A DNA stretch of 64,000 nucleotides, taken from assembly GCF_964355755.1 (NCBI RefSeq), contig NC_092679.1, forward strand, positions 10,895,432 through 10,959,431. Reading direction: 5' to 3'. Of this stretch, positions 60,760 through 64,000 are shown one piece after another. Each line of letters opens with the position of its first letter. The first letter of the stretch is position 1. Below the pieces are notes generated by a model. The model was not told where the DNA came from. It did not search any database and saw nothing but the letters and a program-made list of their open reading frames with translations. The stretch is from Antedon mediterranea (Eukaryota; Animalia; Echinodermata). The position numbers were made by a program, and so were the translations under genes.

Positions 60760-63370
60760 AAAAGAGTTTGGGATCAAAAGCAGTATGGCTACTATTGCGG
60801 TAAAGGAGATTTTAAAATAGTATGTCATTGGTGTACATGGCATAAGAAAGAGCAATTAGTAATAGAAATAGAAGATTTATCATTAAATACAACAGCTAGA
60901 AGTGGGAAGATAGCAATCTTCAGAAACAAAAGCAATCTAAAACATAATTTTTTAGTATGGGAATCGGGTATTGGCCAAATTATACCCAGAAAAAGACCTG
61001 CTTATATTTCAGATGCTGATGATTACGCCCCATGCCTGATATGTTCTGGTTCTTTTAGGAGAAAATGGCTAGCGAAGCATGAGAGGGTGTGTGCTAAAAA
61101 AGGACGAAAAGGCAAAAAAGAGTGCAGGCAGCTGAAAAAATGATCATACCTTTTGGAGAAGAAATGTTCAACCAAGTTAGAAACGATATCCTGATCTATG
61201 GATCTAAGTTAATAAAAACAAGACCTGAAGACCACAAATGTTTGGCAGTGTCCCAAAAAAATGAGAGATCTAGCAAAGTTGGTACTAGCTGCTCAGACTG
61301 AACATCAATCAATTAAAAGGATAAGAGACTGCATTGATCCAAAGAAATTTTGCACAGTTGTTACTGCAGTTAAGAAAATAGCAGGATATTCAGAAAAAGA
61401 TAATACATATGACACTCCTTCTTATGCAAGGAATATTGGCTATGAGTTGAATAAAGTGGTTGCTCAACTCCTGGCAAAAGCACTACAAGAAGACATGAGA
61501 GATAGTAAACGACTAAGTAGGGAAATATGATGTATTTTCGAGACATAAAGCTGGCAGAATGGTCTTCTGAAATATCAGGTATTGCTCATCACAACCTAAA
61601 TAAGCGAAAAAGGAATAAGCCGCAAATTTTGCCTTTAGCTGATGACTTGAAGAAGTTCATTGCTTATTTGGATAGCCATATTGACAAGATAAAAAAAGAT
61701 CAGACCTCAACAAGGGATTGGTTAGAACTGAGTCAAGGACTGCTGGCATATGTGTGTCTCTGTTCAACAAGCGTCGCTCAGGGGAAACAGAATAACTTCA
61801 TTTGAAAGACTACGTAAAGGGTCTTGATTGAGATGATCACATACCAAAGGAAATTTTTGATTCACTTTCAGAAATAGAAAAGGCTGTTGTATTAAAGCTT
61901 CACAGAATTGAAGTGGCAGGTAAACGTGATAGGAATGTTCCTATTCTGCTGAATTTTGCATAGGAAGGAGCATGGTCAAACAAATCAAATTTCTCAATCA
62001 AACAAGAAATTCTGCTGGTGTAAGTGATGATAATCCATATGTGTTTGCCAGTCCATATTACTTTTTCAAACTAAAGTGTCCGAGTGTTACCAGAAATTTT
62101 TAACTGCATGCTGCTCAGAATCCAGAAATCATCCGGGCAACAAAATTAAGAAAGCATGTTGCAATCATGTCACAGGTACTAAGTTTAAAAGAAAACGAAT
62201 TAGACCTGCTGCCTACATATATGGGCCATGATGTAAAGATACATAGGGAGTTTTATCGACTGCCCGAAAGTACTCTACAACTAGCAAAAGTCTCCAAAAT
62301 TCTAATAATGATGGAAAATGGAACCATGGGATAACAAAGGAAAGTCTTTGGACGAGATAGATATCCCACTCGAAAAAAGGTAAGTTACTTTCACAATACT
62401 TTATTCTAATGACATTATTTTGATTTCAAAGCATTTTGTACATGAAAAACAAGTTTTCCATTGCCTGTTTAATTTTTTATTTTAAATACTGTTCAATTTG
62501 TTGCAGCTGATGATGAAGGTGATACAATTGGATCATTTAGTCGAGCAAGTTTGTGTAATTATTGTCTTTAAAAATAGTACCACCTTGTCTGGAGCGAATG
62601 TATTATAATAAAAATAACAGAAAAAGAGATTAGTCATATTACAAGCCATTTGTTTATAAAAGTTAGTGTTTGAATTTAATAAAAAAATTATTATTATTAT
62701 TACTTTTAGTTCCTGCTAGTGATGAAGAAGGTGTTGAAAGTGGTGCCATAGAGGAAGATGTACCCATAGGTTTGTCTATATTGCATTTATTTAAACACAT
62801 TTCTACTATGAAGTTATTTTAAATTGTATATATAACATGTTGACATCATGGTACCTTCCAATTCAATCCACTGAAATTATTATTAGACAGAAATTGGCAC
62901 ATTTATAGCATCTTGAACAGTTTCCAAATCATTTAATTGTGTTGGGTGCACACATTTGCATGTTATGCCTATCACATTGATTTGAGCATTTGAGCTGTCA
63001 CCTGCTAGTTATAATATTTAAATAACAAACAGCAATGTAGTAAACTCATTAATGCAATATTTATAATGATTTGGTTTCACATAAAGGTAATTACTTTCTA
63101 TTGTCATTTAACATACAGTAGATGATGATACTGTAGTGGTAAATGTTGGGATCTTCCCACTTGATGGCGTGGTTTGTGGGGTGTATCATTTAGTTTTGAA
63201 GCAGGTATAAATTAAAGTGCTTTTGAAACCAGTGCTTTTAAAAAACACCAAACCATATTTCCAAAAGAAATCATTTGTTTTCCGTAGTTAAAAAAAAACG
63301 GCATTATTCGGCAAGGCAACCCTGGACAGCACAGGAAAGGGTTGCTGTTTAAATGTTTTTCAAGGAAATG
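60760..63370 (+). pseudogene. Zinc-finger plus tyrosine-recombinase-fold gene (PTHR33480-like), disrupted
   Basis: VWDQK..YYC...CHW..WH; YAPCLICSG.F....L.KHERVC; MRDLAKL; TPSYA..IGY.L; LPLADDL; LFNKRRSGE; GKR.R.VPILL; NPYVFA; TKLRKHVA; YMGHDVKIHREFYRLP; donor at 62380; short acidic exons; C-terminal RQPWTAQER.AV. Confidence 0.8.
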
Positions 63371-64000
63371 GTTTGTGATGTCATTTTTGCTTGGGCTCGG
63401 GGTTGTAGGCTATCGAAATGTAAAATTATACTACAAAAGTTTTACAGTATTTGAATTATCCTCAGCAATATACATATTTTTTAATCATTAAGCAATATGA
63501 CACCTATTCATTTACACATTTACAGTAGCAAAGTACTTTAACCATATCGGTCTCTTGGATTGTCTCATTACAGGCATCAATTCCTGTGTGAACATATACA
63601 CGTTTTTTACTGTTACTGTGTTCTACTACTATATTTGAACATCATCCGCCATCTAGGATCCAAATTAGGGGCTGGGATGGTGAGAGGAGAAAGAAGGATG
63701 GGGGAACGCAGCATCAAAATTAGATATTTTATATTCAGCCAGTATGACACCTATTTATTTTACACAGTCTACAACGTACTGAAACCATAGGCCTATCATA
63801 GCTATGTACCTCTCAATTTAAAGCTGAAGTTGAATTTGTCCTGGGAAGAATTTGTTTTTAGAAAAGAGTGTGGGGTGTTATTGAAAAGGGTGGGGTTGAT
63901 GAGTAAAAAGAGGTACTGGCGTCGGGTGCTATGTACTGAGAAGGCTTTAAACTAATTTTAAAACCCGCCCTGGGGCGGGTATAATTGCTAGTCTATATTA

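Overview
AT-rich eukaryotic (probably marine invertebrate; inference) repeat-dense window with no intact host gene. It is a layered transposon graveyard. 0.7-7 kb: non-autonomous foldback/TIR elements. 7.46-13.25 kb: a two-LTR BEL/Pao retrotransposon (5-bp TSD, MITE in pol, integrase core deleted in frame). 13-23 kb: LINE, SINE and MITE fragments. 23.9-35.2 kb: one CR1/L2-type LINE carrying a viral-type 2A (StopGo) peptide before its APE domain; it is split by three TIR elements whose removal at their TSDs restores the frame (one carries a nested hAT MITE) and by a truncated Gypsy element. Its RT may continue on the minus strand at position 522, suggesting a ~34.6-kb inversion. 36.5-52.7 kb: a hierarchical satellite built from 45-bp and ~122-bp monomers. 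56-63.4 kb: a decayed co-oriented cluster of EnSpm/CACTA-type transposase (interrupted by a hammerhead-ribozyme Penelope-like insert with a 10-bp TSD), a SAM-domain exon, and a zinc-finger plus tyrosine-recombinase-fold gene. A recurring TA->TAGGCCTA micro-insertion can be seen directly by comparing paralogous repeats. All family assignments come from motif recognition by eye; no searches were run.
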